From IMG/VR virus record IMGVR_UViG_3300025314_000001, positions 32,001-96,000 of that record: a stretch of 64,000 nt of DNA; one strand, given 5' to 3'. The translations under genes were made by a program, and so were the position numbers. Source of the DNA: a virus. The first letter of the stretch is position 1, and every line of letters begins with the position of its first letter. Below, piece after piece: positions 28,028 through 37,288 of this stretch. The notes under the pieces were generated by a model. That model did not search any database. It was given only the letters and a program-made list of their open reading frames with translations, and was not told the DNA's origin.

Positions 28028-28676
28028 GTCGCGCCGGGACTACCCCGACGTAGGGAAAGACCTGGGCAATCCGATCGAAGTCATCAGGGTAGTTGTCAAA
28101 GAGCCACAGCAATCGAGGGATCGACAGATCAATCCCGGTCGTTTGGGTGCCCTTCTGAGCGTCTGGCAGCGGTATGTTCCGAGCCTTCAAGTACGCCAGC
28201 ACGTCGAACTTGTTCCACCCGACAATCGGGCAAATCGTCTTCGTTCTCTGCGCCTTCCGCGCGTTGGATGCGCGGAACATGTAGTCGGCTCGACGCTGCC
28301 CGTTGGCTATCAGCCGAATTCCCGTGTCTTGCGCAGCCACCTCGTAGATATCCTGAATGGAGAGCTTCTCGAGGTCGCTGTATTGGTCGCGCACAGGGCA
28401 GAAGATCTCGTTCTGTAGCGACACCAAGACTTGCGGGTGAATGTACTCCCGGACCGTTACCCCCCAGCGCTCCTTCGCGTAATCCATGAGCGGCTGACAG
28501 CACCGCAATCCAGGCAGGAACGACATGAAGAAAGCCTCCATCCGCTTGAAGGCTCTCGAACAGAGGTCGATGACAGCGAGACTGTCTTTTCCGCCTGAGT
28601 AGGCGACCAGAACAGCCTCGCTCTCATCCGCGGCTTCGCGCAGGATCCTTTCGGTCTCCTGCCATGGCCGCTCCAT
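28005..28676 (-). CDS. PAPS-reductase-like PP-loop ATPase
   Basis: VAYSGGKDS, GQRRADYMFR, PIVGWNKFDVLAY; lacks the C-terminal ECGxH motif. Confidence 0.85.
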   Translation of the reverse strand: MERPWQETERILREAADESEAVLVAYSGGKDSLAVIDLCSRAFKRMEAFFMSFLPGLRCCQPLMDYAKERWGVTVREYIHPQVLVSLQNEIFCPVRDQYSDLEKLSIQDIYEVAAQDTGIRLIANGQRRADYMFRASNARKAQRTKTICPIVGWNKFDVLAYLKARNIPLPDAQKGTQTTGIDLSIPRLLWLFDNYPDDFDRIAQVFPYVGVVPARREFYGLG

Positions 28677-28690
28677 CGCTTTCGGCAAGT

Positions 28691-28804
28691 TCAGCCTGCG
28701 GAACTGCCCACGCCGGGCGTAAAGCGGATCGCTCCGCCGCCAGATGCCTTACTGAACCTCACGGGCGCCTTTCGCACGGGAGCCTTCTTTTTTCGAGCTG
28801 CCAT
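28691..28804 (-). CDS. 37-aa basic peptide B ending GSSAG
   Basis: MAARKKKAPVRKAPVRFSKASGGGAIRFTPGVGSSAG; RBS GGAGG; paralog of peptide A. Confidence 0.85.
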   Translation of the reverse strand: MAARKKKAPVRKAPVRFSKASGGGAIRFTPGVGSSAG

Positions 28805-28863
28805 TGTTCAACCTCCGGAGGGTTGTTGTTGTCGAACGCCGGACGACCCGGCGAGTCGTCTGT

Positions 28864-29025
28864 TCACCCAGCAGAACTACCAGCGCCGGGCGTAAAGCGG
28901 ATCGCTCCGCCGCCGGCTGCTTTACTGAAACGCGCCGGGGACTTCCTACTCTCCCGACGCAATTTGGACTTCACGTCGTAGGGTCCACCCTTGCGGGTGT
29001 AGCTGGGTAGCTTTGCTGATGCCAT
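28864..29025 (-). CDS. 53-aa basic peptide A ending GSSAG
   Basis: MASAKLPSYTRKGGPYDVKSKLRRESRKSPARFSKAAGGGAIRFTPGAGSSAG; RBS GAGGT. Confidence 0.85.
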   Translation of the reverse strand: MASAKLPSYTRKGGPYDVKSKLRRESRKSPARFSKAAGGGAIRFTPGAGSSAG

Positions 29026-29110
29026 TTGTCACCTCTCAAAGTTCGGTGTTGACCTGGTGTCGTGATGTCCCCGCGCGCGCGTAGGCGTCGGTCGCTGATC
29101 GGGTGTAAGG

Positions 29111-29203
29111 CTACTTCCCCTTACCTTTTCCCTTGCCCTTGCCGCCCTTGGGCATCTTCGGACCGCCGTTTCCCTTACCTTTGCCTTTTCCGCCGCATCC
29201 CAT
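29111..29203 (-). CDS. 30-aa Gly/Lys-rich peptide
   Basis: MGCGGKGKGKGNGGPKMPKGGKGKGKGKGK; RBS AGGAG; varied Gly and Lys codons. Confidence 0.7.
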   Translation of the reverse strand: MGCGGKGKGKGNGGPKMPKGGKGKGKGKGK

Positions 29204-29256
29204 GATGGTTTTCTCCTGTTGCTGCCGCCGGACGGCGGCTTGAAGTCTTCGAATCT

Positions 29257-29332
29257 AGGCCCGGAGGCGGGAGTCGAACCGCGCTGCTTCCGGGGTATGA
29301 ACCTCAGTGCCCTTCCGTTGGGCCACTCCGCA
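29257..29332 (-). tRNA. Degenerate tRNA-Met(CAT)-like element
   Basis: Acceptor TGCGGAG/CTCCGGG, D stem GCCC/GGGC, loop TTCATAC, T loop TTCGACT; bulged anticodon and T stems; no CCA. Confidence 0.5.
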
Positions 29333-29438
29333 GTAGCCCCCTTGGTGCCGTTGCGACGGATCGCAGAAGCTCGGGGGCCTGTCGGTGCTCCCGGCGTCTC
29401 GAGCCCTCGAGTGGTGCCGACCCACTCCCCGGCGGGTA

Positions 29439-29516
29439 CAGGCCGCCGGGCATCGCCGGATGGCGAGGGCTTACGTTCTGACCAGAGGGTTCTCGGTTCC
29501 AAGCCGAGCGGCCCAC
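29439..29516 (+). tRNA. tRNA-like remnant
   Basis: T arm CTCGG-TTCCAAG-CCGAG followed by CGGCCCA, which pairs with upstream GGCCG; anticodon arm broken. Confidence 0.3.
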
Positions 29517-30131
29517 CCCGGGCCATGACGCTTGAATCGGTTGATGATTTGTGGCCCGTCCTTGCTGCTCCCGGAAGTGGCCCTAGCCAAACGGGTATGT
29601 CCCAGGATGAGCTCTGCGAGACGACCGAGGCGGACTTGGAGGCGGCCCTATCTGCGCCCGGGGTCCACATCTACACCTGCATGGTAGCGACGGGAGGGAC
29701 CCCCGAGCACATCCTCGCGATCCGTGGGCACAGCGGCCGATGCTTCGTCTCGACTGACGCTGTCCGGGGCGAACCGGAGGCCTCGTCTGAACCGCGCGGG
29801 ATCCTGACCTGACAGGTTGTTCCGCCTGGGTGCAGAGGGTCGCTCGCTTCGCTCGCTCCGGCTCCTCCCCCCAGTCTTCGGGCTCGCCCAGAGGCGATCC
29901 CTCAGACAGCCCCCAGGTTCGAAACTGCCACCCTCCTATCCATCTCGCTTTCGCGTGGTTCGTGCTGGTCAGTAATGGTCAGTCTAACACCGGCCAACCG
30001 AGCGTATTTCAGAGCCTGAATCGGCTGAAGTACGAATAAAATTCAGGAATTTTCAAAAAGGCTCCGGAACCCATGGGCCGGGCGTACATCTCCGGACATC
30101 GTGGCCCGTACTTTGCACTGCTGGGGCGGCT

Positions 30132-30578
30132 ATGCCCGACCCATGCTCCGTTGAACTCGGAAGACAAATCTACGAAGCCATTAGAGACCAAGCCTTTGGC
30201 TCTTTCGAGCGACGGCTAAGCAAGCGTGCAGGGGGCCGAGCTCCGGAGAAACCTGTTCTTGTCGAGCATTTCCTTCCCAAATTTCGCCAGGAAACTGGCC
30301 GGCGACAGCCCACGCAGGTCGTTTATTTCATCCAATCGAGCTCCGGGGCGATCAAAATTGGGACAAGCTTGTCGGTCCGGTTAGCCAAGAGGCTCACCGA
30401 GCTCCAGAGCGGTAACGATGGCGATTTGAGCGTGATTGCTACGCTTCCCGGTGGCCTCCCGCTCGAGCGCAGGCTTCACCGCAAGTTTCGGTTGGCTCGA
30501 ATTCGACACAACAACGAATGGTTTCGACCGGTTGAGCCGCTTCTGGCCTTCGTTCGAAGGGTCGCGCAAGCGCCATGA
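30132..30578 (+). CDS. T5orf172 / GIY-YIG-like protein
   Basis: VYFIQ...IKIG...RLTELQSGN...LERRLHRKF...EWF. Confidence 0.85.
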   Translation: MPDPCSVELGRQIYEAIRDQAFGSFERRLSKRAGGRAPEKPVLVEHFLPKFRQETGRRQPTQVVYFIQSSSGAIKIGTSLSVRLAKRLTELQSGNDGDLSVIATLPGGLPLERRLHRKFRLARIRHNNEWFRPVEPLLAFVRRVAQAP

Positions 30579-30913
30579 CCAACGACCCACGCACTTGGGC
30601 CTATGGCCACTTACTGAGAGAGCCGGGCGGCAAAACCCCGCCTCTAGTTCGCCAGTTGCGCCGGACGGCCATTGCTGGCATCAGGCGCGCCCTTAGGGAC
30701 GCCAATAGCGCCACTGCCGCGGCCAGGGCACTAGGACTGAGCTACCACGCTCTGATGCGTTTAGTGCGAGCCCATAGGAGCGAGCTCGGAGCAGCCTATG
30801 AGGCCTGCGCCAATACGGCCTGCCGACCCAAGACGGGGCCCACGCAACCATTGCATGGTGCCTATGACGTGGACGCCATACCGGTCGAGCGCGGGGACCA
30901 GGGCACCAAGTAG
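30575..30913 (+). CDS. Fis-type HTH protein
   Basis: IRRALRDANSATAAARALGLSYHAL. Confidence 0.6.
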   Translation: MTNDPRTWAYGHLLREPGGKTPPLVRQLRRTAIAGIRRALRDANSATAAARALGLSYHALMRLVRAHRSELGAAYEACANTACRPKTGPTQPLHGAYDVDAIPVERGDQGTK

Positions 30914-31038
30914 CCGTAACCACTAAGGTTTCTTGGCGCACCGGGCGTTCGACTGACTGTCGGCCAGTCGTTAGCTATGACATTAGCGCCATACCGGGCT
31001 AGTGGACCAGATCGGTACCCGGCCTGGTTTCGCGGACT

Positions 31039-31083
31039 TGGCCTACCCGTTGCGGCTATGGCGTGCATGGCATAGCTCATGCA
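31039..31083 (+). promoter_or_regulatory. Two tandem sigma54-like (-24/-12) motifs
   Basis: TGGCCTACCCGTTGCG (31039-31054) and TGGCATAGCTCATGCA (31068-31083), both GG-N10-GC. Confidence 0.45.
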
Positions 31084-31274
31084 TTAGCAGTGGGCATGAG
31101 CCGCAACGCAAGGCGGCCCAGGCCCGCACCCCGCAAGGGGCCGGGCCTTCGGGCGTTAGAGGGAGCCCCGCCGTAGGCGGCCGTCACCCCTCGCCCCATA
31201 TCGAAACGGGAGTCGGCTCGTGTCTAGCGAGCGCCACCCAACCCACCCAACCCACCCAACCCAAGGGACCAATC

Positions 31275-31586
31275 ATGAACACCGTCGCAACCGTCTCATG
31301 CACCTACGCGAAACTGCACAACGGCAGTTGGGGAATTCGTGCCAAGGGCATCGTAACGGCCGGCGAGACCGTTACGGTCACCAAACGGGACGGCACCACG
31401 AAAACCGAAACGGTTGGCCGGGTGCTGTCTTGCAAAGACGGCCTGAGCATTTGCGCCATCGAGCAGGCTACCTCAGGCAGCCGGGGCGGACGGCGAGGCA
31501 GCCGGAGCGCCCGCCGGGAATGCGACGAATGCGGGGAGTATGCCACCCCCGGCACGGTTTGCTGGGAGACCGGTTGCACACACTGA
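31275..31586 (+). CDS. Small hypothetical protein with C-terminal Cys/His cluster
   Basis: MNTVATV...CDECG...CWETGCTH; RBS AAGGGA. Confidence 0.7.
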   Translation: MNTVATVSCTYAKLHNGSWGIRAKGIVTAGETVTVTKRDGTTKTETVGRVLSCKDGLSICAIEQATSGSRGGRRGSRSARRECDECGEYATPGTVCWETGCTH

Positions 31587-31594
31587 TCTTTTGG

Positions 31595-31622
31595 TTGACA
31601 ATACCGTATCATGCGCTATTCT
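31595..31622 (+). promoter_or_regulatory. sigma70-like promoter
   Basis: TTGACA-N16-TATTCT, 9 nt before ATG 31632. Confidence 0.55.
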
Positions 31623-31631
31623 AGGATCAAC

Positions 31632-33566
31632 ATGAGCCGCACCGACCTTCTCACCGAACTGACCGGTATTCTCGCCGAGACGGCCGACCCTAGGTCGCGC
31701 AACGACCGCCACCTAGGGGAGGTCATCTGGCAGTTGGTCGACCGGCTGCGCTTTTGGGGCGCCGGTGTTTACGAGCCGCGCGGGCTCTCGGACGCCGGGC
31801 TCTCGGATGATGATCTGCACAAGGTCTCACTCTACCACCTACCCCCCTACGCCCAGGACGAACTGTTCGCCCGGTTCGACGCTCAAATCGCTGCAATGCT
31901 CGGGAGCGATGCCCAATGAACAAGCGCTCTAATCACCCTGCCTACGCCGCCATGCTGGCCGCCAGCAAAGCAACCGGCCTACCCCGATCTTTCGAGACCG
32001 ACCTCACCAAACACGACCGGGCGGCTCTCACGCATTGGCTGCCCACCGAACCGTTCGCCTGGGCCCTCTACGATGCCGGCACCCACCTAGTGTGGTCTCG
32101 CCAGCGACACCAGAGCAAGCTGACCTCAGCTGAACTCTGCCAGAGTGTTGACGAGATCTTCTCAGGCTGCCGCTGGTTTTGGTGGGATGGTCGGTCGCTA
32201 ACGGTCAGCTCGGCTGCCGAGGTCACCGAACGCATGAGTGAGATTGACGAGTCGTTGCGACAAGCGAGAGCCGAGTAACCATGACTGACTGGACCCGCAC
32301 CAAGCGCCACCTGCCCGCTAAGGGTCAACGCTCGACACCCCGGGGCCCCGATGCGGGCCCCGGAAGCCGACCGCTCACCCACCCACCGGAGGACTCACCC
32401 ATGGCACGGAAAGCTCAACTCGTCGTCTCAGCACCGACTCATCAGATCGTCTCACTCGAGCAGGCCAAGATCGTTCGACAGTACGCTCGGATCGCGGACC
32501 TAAAGCGTGAGCTCAAGGCCCTCGAAGGGGAGGCCCGCCCGGCGGCCCTCGCGCTGGCCGAACCGGGTGACCGAGATGATTGACGAGTCGGCAGAGAAAC
32601 GGGCTCGGACGCTCGCCAGCGATATGGCCGACGAACGCGTAAGGGAGCTCGAATCTCTCGAAGCGGCTCTTGATGCTGAGCGTGAGACTGCCGCCAGCAT
32701 GGCCGCAGAATTGCGAGAGCTCAAAGAGCATTTCGTCAGCCGTGCCAACGCTATGGCCGCGCAAATCATTGCCGAGAACGCGCCTGCCAAGCGCTCGCGT
32801 AAGCCTCGCTCGCGCAAGCCTACGCCGGCACCATTGCCCGATGCCTCGCCCGAGCCAGACCCGGGGCCCACCCCGGTAATCGACCTCACCCTGGTCGGCC
32901 GCTTGCGCAAAAAACTGCCCTTGGCCGATGCCATCGAACGCGCGACCATGGATGCAAAGTGACCCCTTTTGAGCAAAAACTGCTCGCTCGGCGCGCGCGC
33001 ATCGCTGGACAGCACGCCAATCGCAATGCCACCGAAGCCGCCGTTCGCGCCTACCCGGGACTCGACCTAGCACTGGCCGTCAGGCTGGTGCTTGACCAGG
33101 CCCGAACCCACTTTCAAGGGTGCGTCGCGGAGCGTACGCGCCGGGGTGCCCGGGTAGAGATCTGGGGCCAAAACGAGGCCCGCTTGGCACGATGGATGCT
33201 CAAGCACGCCGGCCTACAGACTACGGCCCGGCCCAAGCCGGGAGACGATTACATCACCATTTTGGAGATAACCTCATGATCAAACACCGAAAACCACGCA
33301 ACCGGACCGCGGCTATCGTGCGCTACGCGGCCACGCCGGCCATCGTCTCGGCCCATGCCCAGGATGGGCTCGTCGCGCTAGAGCAGGCCGAAACCGACCT
33401 GACCCTTTCGCTCGGAGCCGACCGCCGGCAAGAGGCCATTGCGTCGCTGGAAGACCGGGCCCGGTGCGAGCTCAGCATAGAGCACCGCGCAGCCGAACGC
33501 GCAACGGCGCGGGCAGCCCGCCTGGAAGCCTTTCTAGGACGGTTTGACGGGTCGGATGGACCATGA
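31632..33566 (+). other. Run of small hypothetical CDSs: 31632-31919, 31916-32278, 32401-32583, 32576-32962, 32959-33279, 33276-33566
   Basis: Co-oriented, mostly with start/stop overlaps. Confidence 0.6.
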
Positions 33567-33674
33567 GCCGCTACCCGTCGCACGCCCTCTGTAGCGAGCT
33601 AGCAGGGGCGGCCCCGGGCGGCTCGGTTGCCGACAAATTCTCGACAAGGTCGATCTTCGCCTGGAGGTACTCCA

Positions 33675-34055
33675 ATGAAAGCCCTTTCTGTGAAACAGCC
33701 ATGGGCCAGCCTGATTGCGGCTGGCGTCAAAACTCTAGAGGTTCGGTCACGCCGGACCCCCCATCGGGGGCCCCTGGTCATCTGTTCAAGTCGGGCGGAC
33801 GCTCACAGTGACGAGGCTCTGGCCGCGTCAAAAAGGCTACCCGGGAACCCTTACCCTAGCGGGGTGACGATCTGTCTGGTCGACCTAGTCGACTGTCGCG
33901 AGGGCAAGCGCACGGACCGCCGAGCGGCACTCTGCGACCCGACGGGGGATTTCGTTTGGGTACTGGCCAACCGGAGGCCGTGCCCGGCCGTTCCTGTCAG
34001 CGGCAAGCTTGGGGTTTTCGAGCTACCCGACGAAATTGCGCGCCGGCTGGCCTGA
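33675..34055 (+). CDS. ASCH domain protein
   Basis: MKALSVKQPWASLIAAGVKTLEVRS...RGPLVI...GKLGVF; RBS GGAGG. Confidence 0.9.
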   Translation: MKALSVKQPWASLIAAGVKTLEVRSRRTPHRGPLVICSSRADAHSDEALAASKRLPGNPYPSGVTICLVDLVDCREGKRTDRRAALCDPTGDFVWVLANRRPCPAVPVSGKLGVFELPDEIARRLA

Positions 34056-34082
34056 TCGTGTATCGTTTGGTATTCTACCGCC

Positions 34083-34370
34083 ATGATCTCCACAGTCTCA
34101 GGTGCCATTCTGTCTGCCCAACTACGTGACCCGCAGCTTAGGCCGACCGCGATCGCTAGGATCGTGTCGGCCGTGCGGGAGGCGGGCGGGAGCACCACGG
34201 AAGCCGCGCCGACCCTTGGCGTCTCGTACCAGACGCTAGGCAACTGGCGGTCCAAGTACCCGCAGCTCGAAACCAAAATTGCTTCCGCACAACGCGAGCT
34301 CGGGTGGACCCCACCGGGGGCCGCCCTAGGTTCTCGCCGTAAAAAGGCGGCACCCCGCAAACCCTCTTGA
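34083..34370 (+). CDS. Fis-type HTH protein, paralog of 30575-30913
   Basis: QLRPTAIARIVSAVREAGGSTTEAAPTLGVSYQTL. Confidence 0.65.
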   Translation: MISTVSGAILSAQLRDPQLRPTAIARIVSAVREAGGSTTEAAPTLGVSYQTLGNWRSKYPQLETKIASAQRELGWTPPGAALGSRRKKAAPRKPS

Positions 34371-34426
34371 CGATACCTAATCGTTTGCTGTTATAGATCT
34401 GTACACTCAGACCACCAAGGACGACC

Positions 34427-35461
34427 ATGATTATCAGCCGCAAATACGCTCTATTGCTCGCCCGCGCCGGACAAGCCACCATCGAGGAGTGCTCCACGAC
34501 GGACGACCGCGGTCGCCGGTGGGTCATCGTCACCCGGCACGACCTGCAGCGCGTGGATCATTTTCGCGCGTGACGCAGGGCGCAAGCTCTAGCCCCCGCG
34601 CCTCAGCAGCCACCCGGTTCGCGACCGGGGCGAGGGTCCGAGCCCACACGGCTCGCCGCACGCGCCTTCAGCGGGCGGTAAATAAAGACCGACAGGACAA
34701 GACCATCATGCACATCATCTTCAAAGTCGACCAGGCCGCCGCGCTCAAAGCCGGCGACGGCCACGACGCCACCCAGTACGGGGTGGATACCGACGGACAA
34801 AGATGTCGCTCGGAGGCTCCGCTCCTGCTCGAGCGTCCCGGGGCGTCGAGGAGACCAGCGAGTACAATGACCAAATACGACGTGACCGAGATGCCGACTG
34901 AGACTCTCTACGACAGTGACACCAACGACTCCGTGACAGCCGAGGACCTCGGCTGCTCCGATGATGAGTACGCGGCTGCGGTAGCAGAGTCGCTGGCTGC
35001 GTACGGAGAAGGCCACATCCGGGTCAATGGCCGCCGAGTGTACGCGAGCTAACCATGGGCTTCGACACCCTGCTACTACTGTTACGTGATACCTACCGCA
35101 CCGGATATCTGGCTGGCTGGTGCGACGGTACCGGAGGTAGGCTAGCCCATGTGGTCGGCCCAGAGGCAGAGCAGATGCTGGATGGCATCAGGATGGTACA
35201 ATGACCAAAACCAAAACCGCGACCACCGTAACCCTCCACGACTCCGATACCGAGCCGGTCACCTACCGAATCATTCTGAGCCCGCGATACGCGGGCGAAC
35301 AGTACCGAGTACTCGACGCTGTCGTCGGCCTCGAGGCCGCGTCGGAAGCGGTCGGTCGTCTCGACGCCTTTTATGGGTGGGGTAGAGTATTCTACCGATC
35401 GGCCGAGCAGGCAGTCCCCACACTGCCACCGGTGTCGTGGTGCGGCATGTGCCGGTGCTAG
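34427..35461 (+). other. Small hypothetical CDSs: 34427-34573, acidic 34867-35052, ~35055-35204, 35201-35461
   Basis: Hand-translated short ORFs with RBS or start/stop overlaps. Confidence 0.5.
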
Positions 35462-36370
35462 AGACGCCACCCCGAAGCGCCTTCCGGTTTCGAGACGGCG
35501 AATTGACGCTAGCGAAGACGACGGCGCCCCTGGACATCAGCTGGAGCCGGCCTCTCCCGAAGGGTGTCGAGCCGACCTCTGCAACGGTCAGCCTGGATGC
35601 GGCTGGACGCTGGCACGTGTCCCTGCTCTGCGAGGACAGAAGCATCAAGCCGCTGCCCAAGATCAAGACCGCGGTCGGCATCGACCTCGGCATCTCGGCT
35701 CTTGCCACACTCTCGACCGGGGAGAAGATTCACAACCCTCGCCACTCCGACTCCGAGCAAGCGCGCAAGCGACTGTTCGCCAAGGCTCTCTCGCGCAAGC
35801 AGAAAGGATCCAAGAACAGATTCAAGGCACGGATGAAGCTTGCCCGGATGCACGCTCGCATTGTCGACCGACGTCGCGATGCTCTTCAGAAACTCTCGAC
35901 CCGCCTGATTCGCGAAAACCAAGTGATCGTCGTCGAGAGCCTTAACGTCTCCGGGATGGTACGTAACCACTGCCTCGCACGGGTCATCAGCGACGCCTCG
36001 TGGAGTGCACTGCTGAACATGCTGGCCTACAAGGCTGCCTGGTACGGGCGTCGGCTTGTCCAGGTGGACCGGTTCTTCCCGAGCTCCAAGACGTGCCATT
36101 GCTGCGGCTTCGTGGTCGAAGCGCTCCCGCTCAGCATCCGCGAATGGGCCTGCCCAGTTTGCGGTGTTGTGCACGACCGAGACCACAACGCCGCACTGAA
36201 CCTTCTTGCCGCGGGACACGCGGTATCCCGAGAGGGCAAAGCCTGTGGACCTGGCGTCAGTCGTCGGATTCTCCGGAATCAGGTGCAGCTGGGGCTGAAG
36301 CAGGAACCCGGCGCATGAGCTCCGGGAATCCCCCTGCTCGCCTTCCGAGGCAGCTGGGGGAGGATGTCAA
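35437..36370 (+). mobile_element. tnpB: 5'-truncated IS200/IS605-family tnpB with right end
   Basis: GIDLG, VVESL, CHCC/CPVC, HDRDHNAALN; right-end hairpin region ending GGAGGATGTCAA at 36370; N-terminal region and tnpA absent. Confidence 0.9.
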
Positions 36371-36389
36371 AGTTTTGGGAATAACCACC

Positions 36390-36899
36390 ATGCGAACCCA
36401 CCGACTTTCTGCTCTCGTTCTGTCCGTGCTCGTTTCGGCGTGCGGAGGCCCTGCGGCGTCCCCTGCGCCGGAGACCGAAACGTTCGCCTCGCTCCCCGGG
36501 ATCCCCGTCGGGGGAAGCGGTGGGCTCGAGCCGCCGGACTCCACAGCGGACGACGCGGTAGGGGAGGGGAGTCCACCGGAGGCAGCCGGTGGGGCTCCGG
36601 CTCTGCTGGACGTTGTGAGCGCTGGAGGCGCTGGCGGTGCTCCCGCGGCCGCCGAGGCTGACCCGTGCTGGGACCGACCCGGGATCATGTGCCACTGCGG
36701 GCTTCCGAACGCGGCTCCCCCAGCCGGCTCTGCGTTCAGCATTGTCGACCGATGCCTGCCGCCCGCCACGCCTAGCCCAGGCCTCGAGTGGTGCTGCGAT
36801 ACGTGGGCCGGAATCTGCCGGTGCTACCAGCGTTCTCCCGGAGAATGCGCGTACTGGCGCGAAGAGGGGTCCTGGGTCGCAGGCTGCTCGGCGGTCTAG
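36390..36899 (+). CDS. Cys-rich lipoprotein
   Basis: MRTHRLSALVLSVLVSAC lipobox, low-complexity linker, Cys-rich C-terminus. Confidence 0.7.
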   Translation: MRTHRLSALVLSVLVSACGGPAASPAPETETFASLPGIPVGGSGGLEPPDSTADDAVGEGSPPEAAGGAPALLDVVSAGGAGGAPAAAEADPCWDRPGIMCHCGLPNAAPPAGSAFSIVDRCLPPATPSPGLEWCCDTWAGICRCYQRSPGECAYWREEGSWVAGCSAV

Positions 36900-37288
36900 C
36901 CATCTCGCGCTAGCTTCGCCATGGCGGACGCGAGCTTCCGCATCGCATCGGTCACCCTTGAGACTCTCTCGTCGGCCTCCGACTGCTGCTGCTCGAGCTT
37001 TGAGACCTTCTCGGCGAGTTCGGACGCATCCAGACGTAACCGTTCTACGATCTCGTCCCACTCCTCGGCGATCCGCTTGCGGCGCATCCAGTGCTGCTCG
37101 ACAAGGCCCCAATCGACCTCGGTGGGAATCGGGGGCTTGTTGTGCTTCAGGAGGGATTTGCCCGTTTCACGTTCTGCCCGGAGCAGGCGCCTTCGGAATC
37201 GGCGTACAGAGCTCACGGTTTCAGGTAAACCGCAGCGCTTCAAGGCTTCCTGTATCGGAATGAACCTGAGTTCCATGGTCGTGGTCAT
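36896..37288 (-). CDS. Hypothetical DNA-binding/coiled-coil protein
   Basis: Coupled to the upstream gene; C-terminal coiled coil. Confidence 0.5.
   Translation of the reverse strand: MTTTMELRFIPIQEALKRCGLPETVSSVRRFRRRLLRAERETGKSLLKHNKPPIPTEVDWGLVEQHWMRRKRIAEEWDEIVERLRLDASELAEKVSKLEQQQSEADERVSRVTDAMRKLASAMAKLARDG

Noticed and set aside
28005-28676. cysH sulfate-assimilation auxiliary gene
   Set aside because: Lacks the catalytic ECGxH tail, and the context is ParB/terminase
28691-28932. DGR template/variable repeat pair
   Set aside because: Differences are mostly synonymous and not adenine-specific; no reverse transcriptase in the window
29950-30130. Genome terminus (cos/pac) at the strand switch
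   Set aside because: Plausible position with an AT-rich patch, but no diagnostic sequence; needs read-end data
31095-31235. Hammerhead ribozyme (CGAAAC present)
   Set aside because: No correctly placed CTGAnGA core
36371-36392. TnpB guide targeting another site in the window
   Set aside because: By eye, only a ~10-nt match near 57810, which is expected by chance
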